Positions 50,627-60,709 of a DNA stretch of 64,000 nucleotides are shown here, piece after piece. This stretch comes from Gammaproteobacteria bacterium (lineage in GTDB: Bacteria; Pseudomonadota; Gammaproteobacteria; JAKEHO01). The position numbers and the translations under genes were made by a program. A model generated the notes under the pieces. That model was not told where the DNA came from. It was given only the letters and a program-made list of their open reading frames with translations, and did no database searches. The stretch is taken from positions 232 to 64,231 of the forward strand of contig JAPUIX010000158.1 of the NCBI GenBank assembly GCA_027296625.1, written 5' to 3'. How positions within the stretch are numbered: the stretch's first letter is position 1; the number at the start of each line of letters is the position of its first letter.

Positions 50627-51268
50627 TCAGGTCCCTTTGGGTCCCGTGGCGACGATCACCATGGCCGGTCGGAGCAGCCGGTCCTGCAACAGATATCCCT
50701 TTTGAATCACTGTCATTACCGTACCGGGCTCGGCCTCCTGAGTCTCCTGCATCGACACGGCTTCATGCAGGTCCGGGTTGAACCGTTCACCCTCTGGGTC
50801 CACGATCGTGACGCCAAACTTCTCCAGTGCGCTCTCGAACATCTTTAGGGTGAGCACCATCCCCTCACTCAGACTGGCAACATCTGAAGCATTTTCGGAC
50901 GCCGATATACCGAGCTCAACGCTGTCCTTCACCGGCAAAAGTTCCGTAATAAATGATTCAAGGGCATATTTATGGGCATTGGCAACGTCACGGGCCGTCC
51001 GCTTGCGCAAGTTTTCGAGATCTGCCTTCGCCCGAAGTAATTTGTTCCAGTGTTCATCGGCCTTCTGCTGGGCCTCTTCGAGCAGCTGGGCGAGCTCATC
51101 GGCCGACCGCCCCGAGGCTGGTGTTCTGGACACCTGAGGCGCTTGCCCCTTATCCGTATCGGCCGCAGCGAGCTCTGCATCATCGCTCACCGGTGCCGTG
51201 TCACTGGTCCGGTTCAAAACTTGTTCTTCACCCCCGTCGCGACGGGGATACCTGCGCTTTCTTGTCAT
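50627..51268 (-). CDS. grpE: Nucleotide exchange factor GrpE
   Basis: LRAKADLENLRKR, FNPDLHEA, QKGYLLQDRLLRPAMV. Confidence 0.97.
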   Translation of the reverse strand: MTRKRRYPRRDGGEEQVLNRTSDTAPVSDDAELAAADTDKGQAPQVSRTPASGRSADELAQLLEEAQQKADEHWNKLLRAKADLENLRKRTARDVANAHKYALESFITELLPVKDSVELGISASENASDVASLSEGMVLTLKMFESALEKFGVTIVDPEGERFNPDLHEAVSMQETQEAEPGTVMTVIQKGYLLQDRLLRPAMVIVATGPKGT

Positions 51269-51345
51269 AAGCACTCTCCGAGAGGACGTAATCCGCGTGC
51301 GGGAACATAACCAAATGCTGCCTTGGCGCGGTGATTGACATGAAT

Positions 51346-51371
51346 TTTGGGACTAATGCCTCGATTTCAAG
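51346..51371 (-). promoter_or_regulatory. sigma32 promoter of grpE (overlaps hrcA 3' end)
   Basis: CTTGAA-14 nt-CCCAAA. Confidence 0.65.
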
Positions 51372-52405
51372 GCAGCGCCAAGCATCTTCGCTGTGACATC
51401 AACGATAGGAATAACCCGCTCATAGGCCATCCGGGTTGGGCCTATAACCCCCAACACGCCAACCACTTGACCCTCCACCTCGTACGGCGACGTAACGACG
51501 CTACACTCATCAAGGACTTCGTAGCCGGATTCCTCTCCAATAAAAATTTGCAGGCCCGGAGCCTGGATCGCCTGATCTAATAAATGAAGAATGTCACGCT
51601 TTTGATTAAAGGCCTCGAACAGCTTCCTAAGCGTCTCAACGTTTGACAACTCGGCAAACTCCATCAGGTTCGTCTGACCTGCCAGGACATAATCATGCTT
51701 GCTATCGCTAGCTACCGAGGCTTTCTCCGCCATTGCGATGACCGCCTGCATCATCCGATTCACGTCGGCATGTACTTCTTGCATCTCCTTCACGATAGCA
51801 GCGCGAACAGACTTCAGATCCTTGCCGGCAAGTGACCGATTCACATAGTTGGCGGCCTCCTGCAACTCGGATGGCGAATAGCGGTGCGCCGTATGAATAA
51901 TACGATTCTGAACCTCGTGCTCATTGAGAACCAGAATAACGAGAACTTGATTTCCCGAAAGCCGCATAAACTCAACCTGGCTCAACGCATGCTGTTCAGC
52001 ACGTGGCAACATGACGACACCTGCCAGGTGGGTGATGTTAGACAGCATGGTTGAAGTCTTTTGCAACAGGCCATCCACGTCCTGCTCACTGTCGAGCTCA
52101 CTCGATATCTTATTAACCTCGCGCGCGTTCAACGCCTTTAATATCAACAGTGTGTCAACAAACAGGCGATACCCCTGCACCGTGGGCACACGTCCCGCGG
52201 ACGTGTGCGGGGAACGAACCAGTCCCAATGCTTCCAGGTCTGCCATGACGTTGCGCACTGTCGCAGGACTGACATCGAGCCCCGCATCGCGCGCCAGCGT
52301 TCGGGAACCAACTGGTTGGCCATCGATAATAAAATGCTCCACCAGCGCCTTAAACAACTGCAAAGCACGGTCATTCAATACAGAGTCTTTTTTTGCGCGA
52401 GCCAT
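51353..52405 (-). CDS. hrcA: Heat-inducible transcription repressor HrcA
   Basis: PVGSRTL, SPATVRNVMADLE, PHTSAGRVPT, GVIGPTRM. Confidence 0.97.
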   Translation of the reverse strand: MARAKKDSVLNDRALQLFKALVEHFIIDGQPVGSRTLARDAGLDVSPATVRNVMADLEALGLVRSPHTSAGRVPTVQGYRLFVDTLLILKALNAREVNKISSELDSEQDVDGLLQKTSTMLSNITHLAGVVMLPRAEQHALSQVEFMRLSGNQVLVILVLNEHEVQNRIIHTAHRYSPSELQEAANYVNRSLAGKDLKSVRAAIVKEMQEVHADVNRMMQAVIAMAEKASVASDSKHDYVLAGQTNLMEFAELSNVETLRKLFEAFNQKRDILHLLDQAIQAPGLQIFIGEESGYEVLDECSVVTSPYEVEGQVVGVLGVIGPTRMAYERVIPIVDVTAKMLGAALKSRH

Positions 52406-52446
52406 AGGTGGGTTTCAACATGTTTCAATTTGATGGGGGTAAAAAT

Positions 52447-52473
52447 TTAGCACTCTAGGCATGAGAGTGCAAA
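52447..52473. promoter_or_regulatory. CIRCE operator
   Basis: TTAGCACTC-N9-GAGTGCAAA (one mismatch to TTAGCACTC-N9-GAGTGCTAA), upstream of hrcA. Confidence 0.92.
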
Positions 52474-52536
52474 AAGACGTGTTGGCGGCAATCACCGGAC
52501 ATGCTAAGTTTGCGTGACCATCAAGGGAGCAACCAG

Positions 52537-53415
52537 GTGCAGAAGTTCAAGCGTATCGGGGTGATCGCTAAGGGCGGGGCCACTGAGATCGGGGATACAT
52601 TGAGTTCCCTCAGCGACTACCTGAAGAGCCGAGGGATCCGGATTGTCACCGATTCGAACTGTGCTGATCTGCTCCCGGATGTCGGTGTTGAAATCGTGGA
52701 TCGCGATGACGTGGGTGGTAGATGCGACCTCGCCATCGCCATCGGCGGAGATGGAACTATGCTCAATGCCGCTCGCCTGCTTTCTAATCACGACGTCCCG
52801 TTGCTGGGCATCAACATTGGCCGGCTGGGCTTCCTTGCTGACGTTTCACCCGATGCGATCAAGGAAACACTTGACCGCATTCTTGACGGCGAATTCGTAG
52901 AGGACAGGCGATTTCTGCTGCAAAGTCGGGTCCTTCGCGGAGGTCAATCTGTCATGGAAAGCGACGCGTTGAATGATGTCGTTATTCACAAACGCAATGT
53001 TGCCCGGCTGGTCGAGTTTGAAACCTATATTAATGATACCTTCGTTCATAGCCAGCGCTCCGATGGCATGATCGTTTCCACACCGACCGGCTCAACCGCG
53101 TATGCCCTATCGGGCGGAGGACCTTTATTACATCCCGACCTCGATGCGATAGTGCTGGTGCCGATTTGCCCGCACGCCCTCAGCAATCGCCCCATCGTCA
53201 TTGATGGCGAGAGCCGTATCGAGATTGTTGTGGGCAGCCGAGAAGTCGACCATGCAAGGCTCACCTGTGACGGTGAAATGGCTCATGAGCTCCTACCCGG
53301 TGACCACATCCTGATTCAAAAAAAAGCAAAGCCGATCAGACTGATCCATCCAGCCGGACACGATCATTACGCCATCCTGCGCGCGAAGCTCCAATGGGGC
53401 CGGGAACTATGTTAA
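52537..53415 (+). CDS. nadK: NAD kinase
   Basis: GGDGT, GRLGFL, ND, STPTGSTAY; GTG start after GGGAG. Confidence 0.97.
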   Translation: MQKFKRIGVIAKGGATEIGDTLSSLSDYLKSRGIRIVTDSNCADLLPDVGVEIVDRDDVGGRCDLAIAIGGDGTMLNAARLLSNHDVPLLGINIGRLGFLADVSPDAIKETLDRILDGEFVEDRRFLLQSRVLRGGQSVMESDALNDVVIHKRNVARLVEFETYINDTFVHSQRSDGMIVSTPTGSTAYALSGGGPLLHPDLDAIVLVPICPHALSNRPIVIDGESRIEIVVGSREVDHARLTCDGEMAHELLPGDHILIQKKAKPIRLIHPAGHDHYAILRAKLQWGRELC

Positions 53416-55085
53416 GACAGTTCCACATTCGTGATTTTGCCGTCATTGAGCAACTGGAACTAGGACTTGAACACGGTTTGACGGTGTTTACCGGCGAGAC
53501 GGGGGCTGGGAAATCGATCCTCGTGGATGCCCTTGGTTTGGTGCTGGGGGATCGGGCCGATAGCACCGTCGTACGTAGCGGCTCTCTGCGTGCCGAAATC
53601 ACGGCTGTTTTTGGAATCGACGGCTATACGGATGTCTGCAAATTGCTCCAGGAACATGGTCTTGAAGGTGAGAACAATGAATGTATCGTCCGACGGCTCA
53701 TTGGCAATGACGGACGCTCGCGCGCATTCATCAACGGTAGCCCAACACCTGTACAACTACTACGGGAACTCGGCATCCGGCTGGTGGACATACACGGACA
53801 GCTGGACCATCAGTCCCTTACCAGACGCGACGTCCAGCGGGCGATACTGGACGACTTTGCAAAACACGGCGAACAGGTGGAAAAGGTTGCCAACGCGTAT
53901 GGCGAGTGGCGGGAGGCCCGAGATGCGCTCGCAGCACTTCAAGGTTCTGACCGAGACCGTGGTGCGCAGGTCGCACTCTTGCGCTACCAGATCCAGGAGT
54001 TGGATGCATTGCGGCTCGATCCATCCGAACTCAAAGCCCTTGAAGAGGAACACGCACGACTTGCCAACCTCGGCCGCATCCTGGAGGGATGTCAGGCTGC
54101 ACTCAGCGCCACTGCTGAGGCCGACGGGTCGGCAGTTAGCAGATTACAGAGAGCAGCCAAGCAGCTAAGCGAGCTACAGACATTCGACGAGGCCTTGAGG
54201 CCGACCACCGAGCTACTCGAGAGTGCCGCTATTCAGGTGGACGAGGCAGCCATGGCGCTTAGGCACTACCTGGACAAACTTGAAATGGACCCGAACCGCC
54301 TCAGATGGGTGGAAGACCGACTCAGCGCACTCCTCGACATGGCGCGAAAGCATCAAATCCCCGCCGAACAACTTTCAGGTCAGCTTTCAAAGCTGAAGGC
54401 TGAACTCCAGTCACTCGAACGTAGTGAAGAACGCTTCGAGGAACTCAAGGCCCAACAGGAAGAATGCCGCGGACGCTATTTCCGGGAGGCAAAGGCACTA
54501 CACGAGAGCCGAAGGCGAGCGGCGGATCAGCTGGCGGGGACGATCGGCAAGAATATACAAAAGCTTGGCATGCCGGGCGGACAGTTCACCGTCGAGGTGC
54601 GCACCACCCAGCGCCAGGATCCCACGCCCAATGGCATCGATCATGTGGAATATTTCGTCACCACTAATCCCGGACAAGCATTACGTCCATTAAGCAAGGT
54701 CGCCTCTGGTGGAGAACTCTCGCGAATAAGCCTCGCAATTCAGGTTATCAGCGCCAAGGGACGGGGGGTGCCGACCCTCGTCTTTGATGAAATTGACGCC
54801 GGCATCGGTGGCCGGGTGGCGGAGATCGTTGGGCAACAATTGCGGACACTAACGGATGACCGACAGGTTCTGTGCGTTACCCACCTGCCCCAGGTGGCAT
54901 CACAGAGTCACCATCACGTTCGGGTTACAAAGCTAGCGCGAGGCAACCAGACACGCACCGAGATTACTGTCCTCAATGGCTATGAACGCGTTAAGGAGAT
55001 TGCACGCATGCTCGGTGGAATCAAAATCACCGAGCAGACCATCGAGCACGCACGCGAAATGCTGGAACATGGGATGAACGCTTGA
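53409..55085 (+). CDS. recN: DNA repair protein RecN
   Basis: TGETGAGKS, ASGGELSR, FDEIDAG, VTHLPQVA. Confidence 0.98.
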   Translation: MLRQFHIRDFAVIEQLELGLEHGLTVFTGETGAGKSILVDALGLVLGDRADSTVVRSGSLRAEITAVFGIDGYTDVCKLLQEHGLEGENNECIVRRLIGNDGRSRAFINGSPTPVQLLRELGIRLVDIHGQLDHQSLTRRDVQRAILDDFAKHGEQVEKVANAYGEWREARDALAALQGSDRDRGAQVALLRYQIQELDALRLDPSELKALEEEHARLANLGRILEGCQAALSATAEADGSAVSRLQRAAKQLSELQTFDEALRPTTELLESAAIQVDEAAMALRHYLDKLEMDPNRLRWVEDRLSALLDMARKHQIPAEQLSGQLSKLKAELQSLERSEERFEELKAQQEECRGRYFREAKALHESRRRAADQLAGTIGKNIQKLGMPGGQFTVEVRTTQRQDPTPNGIDHVEYFVTTNPGQALRPLSKVASGGELSRISLAIQVISAKGRGVPTLVFDEIDAGIGGRVAEIVGQQLRTLTDDRQVLCVTHLPQVASQSHHHVRVTKLARGNQTRTEITVLNGYERVKEIARMLGGIKITEQTIEHAREMLEHGMNA

Positions 55086-55129
55086 TCAAGGTCGACACGG
55101 CAGAGTCGTCTGCAAAAGCAATCTTGCGG

Positions 55130-55549
55130 CTATTGTTTTGAACAACTCGGGTCTTTGCACCGACCATAAAGGATTAAGGAATGGTCTTCGATATCAAATC
55201 CATTCTGCTCCGCCATAACCCGTTGCCGCTCCTCGATGATATCATCGACAAATTCAACTATTTTTCCGCACTGTATGCACATGATGTGATCGTGGTGGGG
55301 GCCCTGTTTCAACTCAAAGACCGAATGGCCGCCTTCGAAATGATGACGCGTTACTAGACTAGCGGCTTCGAACTGCGTCAAGACCCGATAGATTGTGGCT
55401 AGACCCACATCCTCGCCTGCTTCCATCAAGGCCTTATAAACATCCTCCGCGCTCATGTGACGCTGCTTACTGGTTTCCAGCATCTGTAGTATACGGATGC
55501 GTGGCAGCGTTGCTTTCAGGCCGGCTTTCTTAAGATCCTGAGTCTCCAT
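55130..55549 (-). CDS. fur: Ferric uptake regulator
   Basis: GLKATLPR, GLATIYRVL, HHDHIMCIQCG. Confidence 0.97.
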   Translation of the reverse strand: METQDLKKAGLKATLPRIRILQMLETSKQRHMSAEDVYKALMEAGEDVGLATIYRVLTQFEAASLVTRHHFEGGHSVFELKQGPHHDHIMCIQCGKIVEFVDDIIEERQRVMAEQNGFDIEDHSLILYGRCKDPSCSKQ

Positions 55550-55729
55550 TGCACTTTTCGCAAGCGTCACAAGGAAGGTGTAAACCGGGCGAGGTCAATA
55601 AGTGGATAAACTGAAACGATTCCGGCAACAGTATACTCGAACAACGGGGTCTTGTCGCCGGCCCTTCGTCCATGCTTTCCGGCGAACGTTGAGATAGAAT
55701 TTAAAGTCATATTGAGAGCCCGGGCTTCC

Positions 55730-56335
55730 ATGCGTATCCAGTCACTTACCTTAGTCATCGTTGCGGCACTGATTTTATCTTCAGGTTGTTCCCATGAGCC
55801 TAAATGGCGCACTAAAATTCCCTTTGTCTACAAGGTCGACGTCCAGCAGGGTAACGTCGTTACCCAAGATATGCTGGCCAGATTGCAGCCCGGCATGGAC
55901 AAAAGCCAAGTTAGCTTCATTATGGGCACACCATTGCTTATCGATGTATTCCACAATGATCGCTGGGACTACTATTACAGCTACCAGAAAGGTGGTAAGA
56001 GGCGCGAGCAAAGACGCGTCACACTGATTTTTGAAGATGACAAACTCATTGCCGTCGAAGGGGATGTGAAAGTCGCATTGGAACCACTGAAACCAGCCGA
56101 GCCTACCGAGACCACGGTCGTCGTTCCGCTGGAGCGAAGTAAAACGGGCCTGTTTAGTGGCCTGCTGCATACGTTTGGATTGGGGGAAGAAGGCCCGCCC
56201 CCGACGCAAGCTGAGCGCGAGGCCATGGAAGCAGAACTGAGCGAGCACGACAAAGAACTACTTAAGCAAGAACAAATAGACGCGGAAGAATCGGACCCAT
56301 CGGCGCCAGTGATCCCCGGAGCCGAAGGTTTATAG
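55730..56335 (+). CDS. bamE: Outer-membrane assembly lipoprotein BamE with acidic C-terminal extension
   Basis: Lipobox [29 protein letters not shown]; divergent from fur. Confidence 0.93.
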   Translation: MRIQSLTLVIVAALILSSGCSHEPKWRTKIPFVYKVDVQQGNVVTQDMLARLQPGMDKSQVSFIMGTPLLIDVFHNDRWDYYYSYQKGGKRREQRRVTLIFEDDKLIAVEGDVKVALEPLKPAEPTETTVVVPLERSKTGLFSGLLHTFGLGEEGPPPTQAEREAMEAELSEHDKELLKQEQIDAEESDPSAPVIPGAEGL

Positions 56336-56398
56336 TCTCGCGTTAGGCAAGCCGTAGTCCACGATGCACAGGTGACTTAACAAAGAAACAGGAATAGC

Positions 56399-57511
56399 AT
56401 GACAACCAGCATGGGGGCCCCTGATAAACGTCTGCTCGCCTACCTCGCGCTCTTGCCCTGGCTTGTCCTGTCAGCCTGCGCCATCGGGCCATCACGCATT
56501 CCATCCGACCGGTTCAACTACAACGAGGCGATCGCGCGCTCGTCCAATGAGCAAATGTTGCTGAATCTCGTTCGCCTGCGCTACCGCGACACGCCCATCT
56601 TTCTCGCTGTCGCTTCCGTACTTCAGCAGTATGTTGTTACGGGCGCCGTGGCCGTGAGTGGCGGAACCGGTAACTTAAACGGCTTTCCCGCGGACTCTAT
56701 CGGCGGCAGTGCCAATCTGCGCTATATTGAGCGACCGACCATTACTTATGCACCCCTCACCGGGGATAAATTCGCTCAGCAGCTGCTGACCCCAATACCC
56801 TCCGAGCTGCTATTTTCTCTCGTGCAGTCCGGCTGGCCCCCCGACCTGCTGATCGTGATGGGCGTCCAGCGCATTAATCACGTGGAGAATGTGCCATTTT
56901 TCCTGGAGTCATTGCCGGAGGATCGTGAGCGCGAGCGCAGCTTTCGACATGTCGTGCAACTCTTTATAGAACTCGCGCAGCGCGGGGCTATGGAGCTGCA
57001 GCAGGGGACGTCCGAACACCCGAATACGCCGGCCCCACGCTACCTCGTATTCGAGGAGAACCCCGACCCCGGGACCCAGGCCCTCATCGATGAGTTAAAG
57101 GAATCACTGCACCTCGATCAAGGGCGCTCCAGGTTCCTGGTTACAAACCACCTGCTTGGACGCAACCCCGACGAAATCACAATACGGTTACGCTCGGTCC
57201 TTGCCCTCATGGGCTTCCTCTCGCGAGGCGTCGAGATCCCGGCAGCGCATATTGAAGAAGGTCGTGCCACAGCGAATGAACAGCTCGGCGAGACAGAGAG
57301 TCCCTCGCTACTGGTTCCGCTGCGGATCCACTCAAGTACCGAGCGGCCCGCGGACTCCTTCACTGCGGTCCAGTATCAGGGTTACTGGTTCTCCATCGCC
57401 CACTCGGACCTAACCAGCAAGGAGGCATTCACGCTGGTGACCTATCTCTTCCAGATGCAGGCGCCCCACGCACCAACGCTGGGGCCGCTGTTGACCGTCC
57501 CGACGGGCTAA
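56399..57511 (+). CDS. Uncharacterised lipoprotein
   Basis: Lipobox LSAC; conserved-looking motifs DRFNYNEAI, EQMLLNLVRLRY, PTITYAPL.GDKF. Confidence 0.8.
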   Translation: MTTSMGAPDKRLLAYLALLPWLVLSACAIGPSRIPSDRFNYNEAIARSSNEQMLLNLVRLRYRDTPIFLAVASVLQQYVVTGAVAVSGGTGNLNGFPADSIGGSANLRYIERPTITYAPLTGDKFAQQLLTPIPSELLFSLVQSGWPPDLLIVMGVQRINHVENVPFFLESLPEDRERERSFRHVVQLFIELAQRGAMELQQGTSEHPNTPAPRYLVFEENPDPGTQALIDELKESLHLDQGRSRFLVTNHLLGRNPDEITIRLRSVLALMGFLSRGVEIPAAHIEEGRATANEQLGETESPSLLVPLRIHSSTERPADSFTAVQYQGYWFSIAHSDLTSKEAFTLVTYLFQMQAPHAPTLGPLLTVPTG

Positions 57512-57819
57512 GGCTTATTTGGAGCCCTTTTTTTCGCCTCTGCCGCGCGGCGCCTGCGCGCTTCCTTGGGATCGGCGATCAAGGGTCGGTAGATTTCCAC
57601 GCGATCACCTTGCTTTAACACATAATCCGGCTCCCTGACCTTGCCGAACACGCCCACTTTATTCTTAAGCAAGTTGATGTCGGGATAACGCTTCAACATG
57701 CCGGAGAGCATGATGGCTTCGCCTAAGGTGGTGCCGAGGGGGACATGCAAGGGCAATATGATCTGTTCAGCGGCAAGCGCGTAGGCGACTTCCACTTGTA
57801 TGTTTTTAACGTTCCCCAT
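57508..57819 (-). CDS. ratB: RnfH/RatB ubiquitin-like protein
   Basis: VEVAYA, VGVFGK, GDRVEIYRPLIADPKEARRRRA. Confidence 0.93.
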   Translation of the reverse strand: MGNVKNIQVEVAYALAAEQIILPLHVPLGTTLGEAIMLSGMLKRYPDINLLKNKVGVFGKVREPDYVLKQGDRVEIYRPLIADPKEARRRRAAEAKKRAPNKP

Positions 57820-58243
57820 ACAGATCGACAGCGCGTTGCTGAAATGCGCGTATCAGCGAGTTCAAGATTCGGATAAAGATCGGACCAAAGGCGACACTGA
57901 TGATCCGGTTCGCGAATTCGAAATCCATTTCAAGCGAAACCTCACATCTGCGCGCATCTAACGGGTCGAAACGCCAACTCCCGGTCAAGTGTTTGAACGG
58001 GCCTTCGATCAGGTGCATCTCAATGGACCGGCCGCGCTTCAAAGTATTGGCCGTAGTAAATGACTGCTTAATCTTGCCCTCGGCGAGCACGATACGGGCA
58101 CTTAAGGTGTTTTCATTCCGGGACACTATGTCCGCAGCGGTGCACCAGGGAAGGAACTGGGGGTACGCCTCGACATCGTTGACGAGGTCATACATCTCCT
58201 CGGCACTGTAGCGCACCTGCGTTGTTGATCTGAAGTGTCGCAA
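57806..58243 (-). CDS. ratA: RatA/PasT (Coq10-like START domain) protein
   Basis: MYDLVNDVEAYPQFLPWC, GPFKHLTGSWRF; start uncertain (TTG 58243). Confidence 0.92.
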   Translation of the reverse strand: MRHFRSTTQVRYSAEEMYDLVNDVEAYPQFLPWCTAADIVSRNENTLSARIVLAEGKIKQSFTTANTLKRGRSIEMHLIEGPFKHLTGSWRFDPLDARRCEVSLEMDFEFANRIISVAFGPIFIRILNSLIRAFQQRAVDLYGER

Positions 58244-58256
58244 CGAATAGATGTTT

Positions 58257-59627
58257 TTACGTGGGATCGAGTACCCCAAGCACATGCAAAAAGACAAGTA
58301 TCAGGCCGACCGGTGTAATGTAGCGCACCAGGATACGCCAGGTTTGGTAGGCAAAACCCTGTCCAAGCCCGAGCTCGTTCACACTGGCCGCACGGGACAG
58401 CCGCCAGCCTGCGAATAGGGCGATCAAAAAGCCCCCTACAGGCAGCATGATGTTGGCCGTGACATACTCCAGGAGTCCGAAAAAGGTCTTACCGAAGAGC
58501 GTGGCGTCTGACCAGATGTTGAGGGAAAAGAGCGCGCCAAGCCCAAGAATCCACACGACCCCACACGCCAGAATGCTCGCATGCACCCGCGTCATGCTCC
58601 GGTTCTCCACCAGCCAGGCCACAACCGGCTCAAGTAACGAGATCGCGGATGTCCAGGCGGCTACCATCAACAGGAGAAAAAACAGGCAGCCAAAAAATGC
58701 GCCCCCTGGCATATGCCCAAAGGCGAGGGGCAGTGTCTTGAAGATCAAGCCCGATCCCTCCTGCGGTTGTAGTCCGTAGGCAAAGACGATCGGGAAAATG
58801 GCGAGCCCGGCGAGTATTGCGACCAGAGTATCTGCGAAGGCAACGATGATAGCCATTCTCGGGATCGATTCCGTGTGGGAAAGATAGGATCCGTAAATCA
58901 TGATGGCACCCATGCCGAGGCTCAAGCTGAAAAACGCCTGCCCCATGGCACTCATGACACCGCCCGCACTGAGGCTGCTGAAATCGGGCTTAAAGAGATA
59001 ACGAACAGCCTCCTGGAAGCTCCCGGTCCCCATAGCGTATCCGACCAATACCAATAACAGGAGAAATAATGCCGGCATCAACCATCGCACGGCCTTTTCC
59101 AATCCACTCTTCACGCCCCGGGCAACCACCATCGTGGTCATGGCCATGAAGATCGTGTGCCACGCAAGTAAACGTTCCGGATCGGAAACGAGATCGGAAA
59201 ACACGGTGCTCACATTCTCCGCTGTCATCCCTGAAAAAATCCCGGCACCCGAACGAAACACATAGGCCAGTGTCCATCCAGCAACGACACTATAGAACGA
59301 CAGGATCAGAAAACCAGCGAGCATTCCAAGCCAGCCAATCACCTGCCAATATCGGCTGAGCCCCTCGTCATGTGCCAAGGCGAGCATCGTATTGATCGGG
59401 CTCATTCTGCCCCGACGGCCCAACATGATCTCCGCAATCATGACGGGGATACCGATGACTGCAACGCAGAACAAATAAATCAAAACAAACGCGCCGCCGC
59501 CGTTTTCACCGGTGAGATAAGGGAAACGCCAGATGTTACCGAGTCCGACAGCAGATCCGGTCGCAGCCAGGATAAATGCCCAGCGCGAGGACCACTCCCC
59601 ATGAATGGATTTCCGTTTTCGTGCCAT
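58257..59627 (-). CDS. Sodium-dependent transporter, NSS/SNF family
   Basis: WSSRWAFILAATGSAVGLGNIWRFP, NGGGAF, GQAFFSLSLG. Confidence 0.95.
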   Translation of the reverse strand: MARKRKSIHGEWSSRWAFILAATGSAVGLGNIWRFPYLTGENGGGAFVLIYLFCVAVIGIPVMIAEIMLGRRGRMSPINTMLALAHDEGLSRYWQVIGWLGMLAGFLILSFYSVVAGWTLAYVFRSGAGIFSGMTAENVSTVFSDLVSDPERLLAWHTIFMAMTTMVVARGVKSGLEKAVRWLMPALFLLLLVLVGYAMGTGSFQEAVRYLFKPDFSSLSAGGVMSAMGQAFFSLSLGMGAIMIYGSYLSHTESIPRMAIIVAFADTLVAILAGLAIFPIVFAYGLQPQEGSGLIFKTLPLAFGHMPGGAFFGCLFFLLLMVAAWTSAISLLEPVVAWLVENRSMTRVHASILACGVVWILGLGALFSLNIWSDATLFGKTFFGLLEYVTANIMLPVGGFLIALFAGWRLSRAASVNELGLGQGFAYQTWRILVRYITPVGLILVFLHVLGVLDPT

Positions 59628-59706
59628 CTTTTCTGGCCCGTACAAAAAACCTGCGCAATTGTGAGGGAAATTGCATGCACACTCAACCAACGCAGTAAAT
59701 CAGAAC

Positions 59707-59715
59707 TGGTATAAT
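59707..59715 (+). promoter_or_regulatory. Extended -10 promoter for smpB
   Basis: TGGTATAAT about 80 nt upstream of the start. Confidence 0.5.
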
Positions 59716-59794
59716 CGACAAGCTTTGAAGGGCACGATCATCTGGCCCATATTTCAACCACGACTTTTCACCCCCCACTTGCAAATACTTCATA

Positions 59795-60271
59795 ATGTCG
59801 GAAAAGAAAAAAGAAAAGCGTGGCACGAGCACCATCGCATTAAACAAAAAGGCACGGCACGATTATTTTATCGAGGATCGCTTTGAAGCCGGGCTTGCAC
59901 TGGAGGGATGGGAAGTCAAGGCGCTCCGAGCAGGACGCGTGCAATTACGTGATGGCTACGTTCTGCTGAAGGACGGTGAGGCTTGGCTGATCGGCGCACT
60001 GATTACGCCGCTACCCAGCGCCGCAACCCATACGCATCCCGATCCCCGGCGTACCCGAAAGCTGCTACTGCAGCGCAAAGAGATCGCAAGACTGATCGGT
60101 GCGGTAGACCGCAAAGGCTACACCGTTGTGCCGACCGCCATGTATTGGAAAGGTGGCCGGGCAAAGCTCGAGATTGGGCTCGCGAAAGGGAAAAAAGCCT
60201 ACGACAAACGCGCCGCCATTAAGGAGCGGGAATGGGAGCGCCAGAAGCAACGGCTCCTCAAATACTCATAG
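59795..60271 (+). CDS. smpB: SsrA-binding protein
   Basis: [32 protein letters not shown]. Confidence 0.98.
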   Translation: MSEKKKEKRGTSTIALNKKARHDYFIEDRFEAGLALEGWEVKALRAGRVQLRDGYVLLKDGEAWLIGALITPLPSAATHTHPDPRRTRKLLLQRKEIARLIGAVDRKGYTVVPTAMYWKGGRAKLEIGLAKGKKAYDKRAAIKEREWERQKQRLLKYS

Positions 60272-60356
60272 CGTGAGTTCCCGAGACACAGGACCGTGGC
60301 TCAAAAAATCCCGGTAGCTCAGCAACTTATCATCATTTATACTATCTTATATGCAA

Positions 60357-60709
60357 GGGGGCGACTGGCTTCGACGTGGGTCACGAAACCCAAGGTGCAT
60401 GCCGAGGAGCAGACTACCTCGTTAATCCATCTGCAAACTTGATAGTTGCCAACGAAGACAACTACGCTCTAGCTGCTTAACCCAGCTAGCCTCTGACTGA
60501 GTCCGTGCTTGTGCGCTCAACTCGGGGGACGATTCTCGCAAGCTCGCGATGAAGCCGGCCCGAGGCAGATTCGTTAAAACCTTCCGGGATCGCCGTCTGT
60601 CTTTCCTGCCGCTCGGGTAGCAGGCGGTTAAATTAAAGAGCCGGCTAAGCATGTAGTGCCGAAGGCGTAGTACTTGCGGACGCGGGTTCGATTCCCGCCG
60701 CCTCCACCA
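60357..60709 (+). ncRNA. ssrA: tmRNA
   Basis: 5' GGGGGCG pairs with 3' CGCCTCC-ACCA (G3-U wobble); T-arm GGTTCGATTCC; tag ORF ANEDNYALAA* at 60448-60480; follows smpB. Confidence 0.98.
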
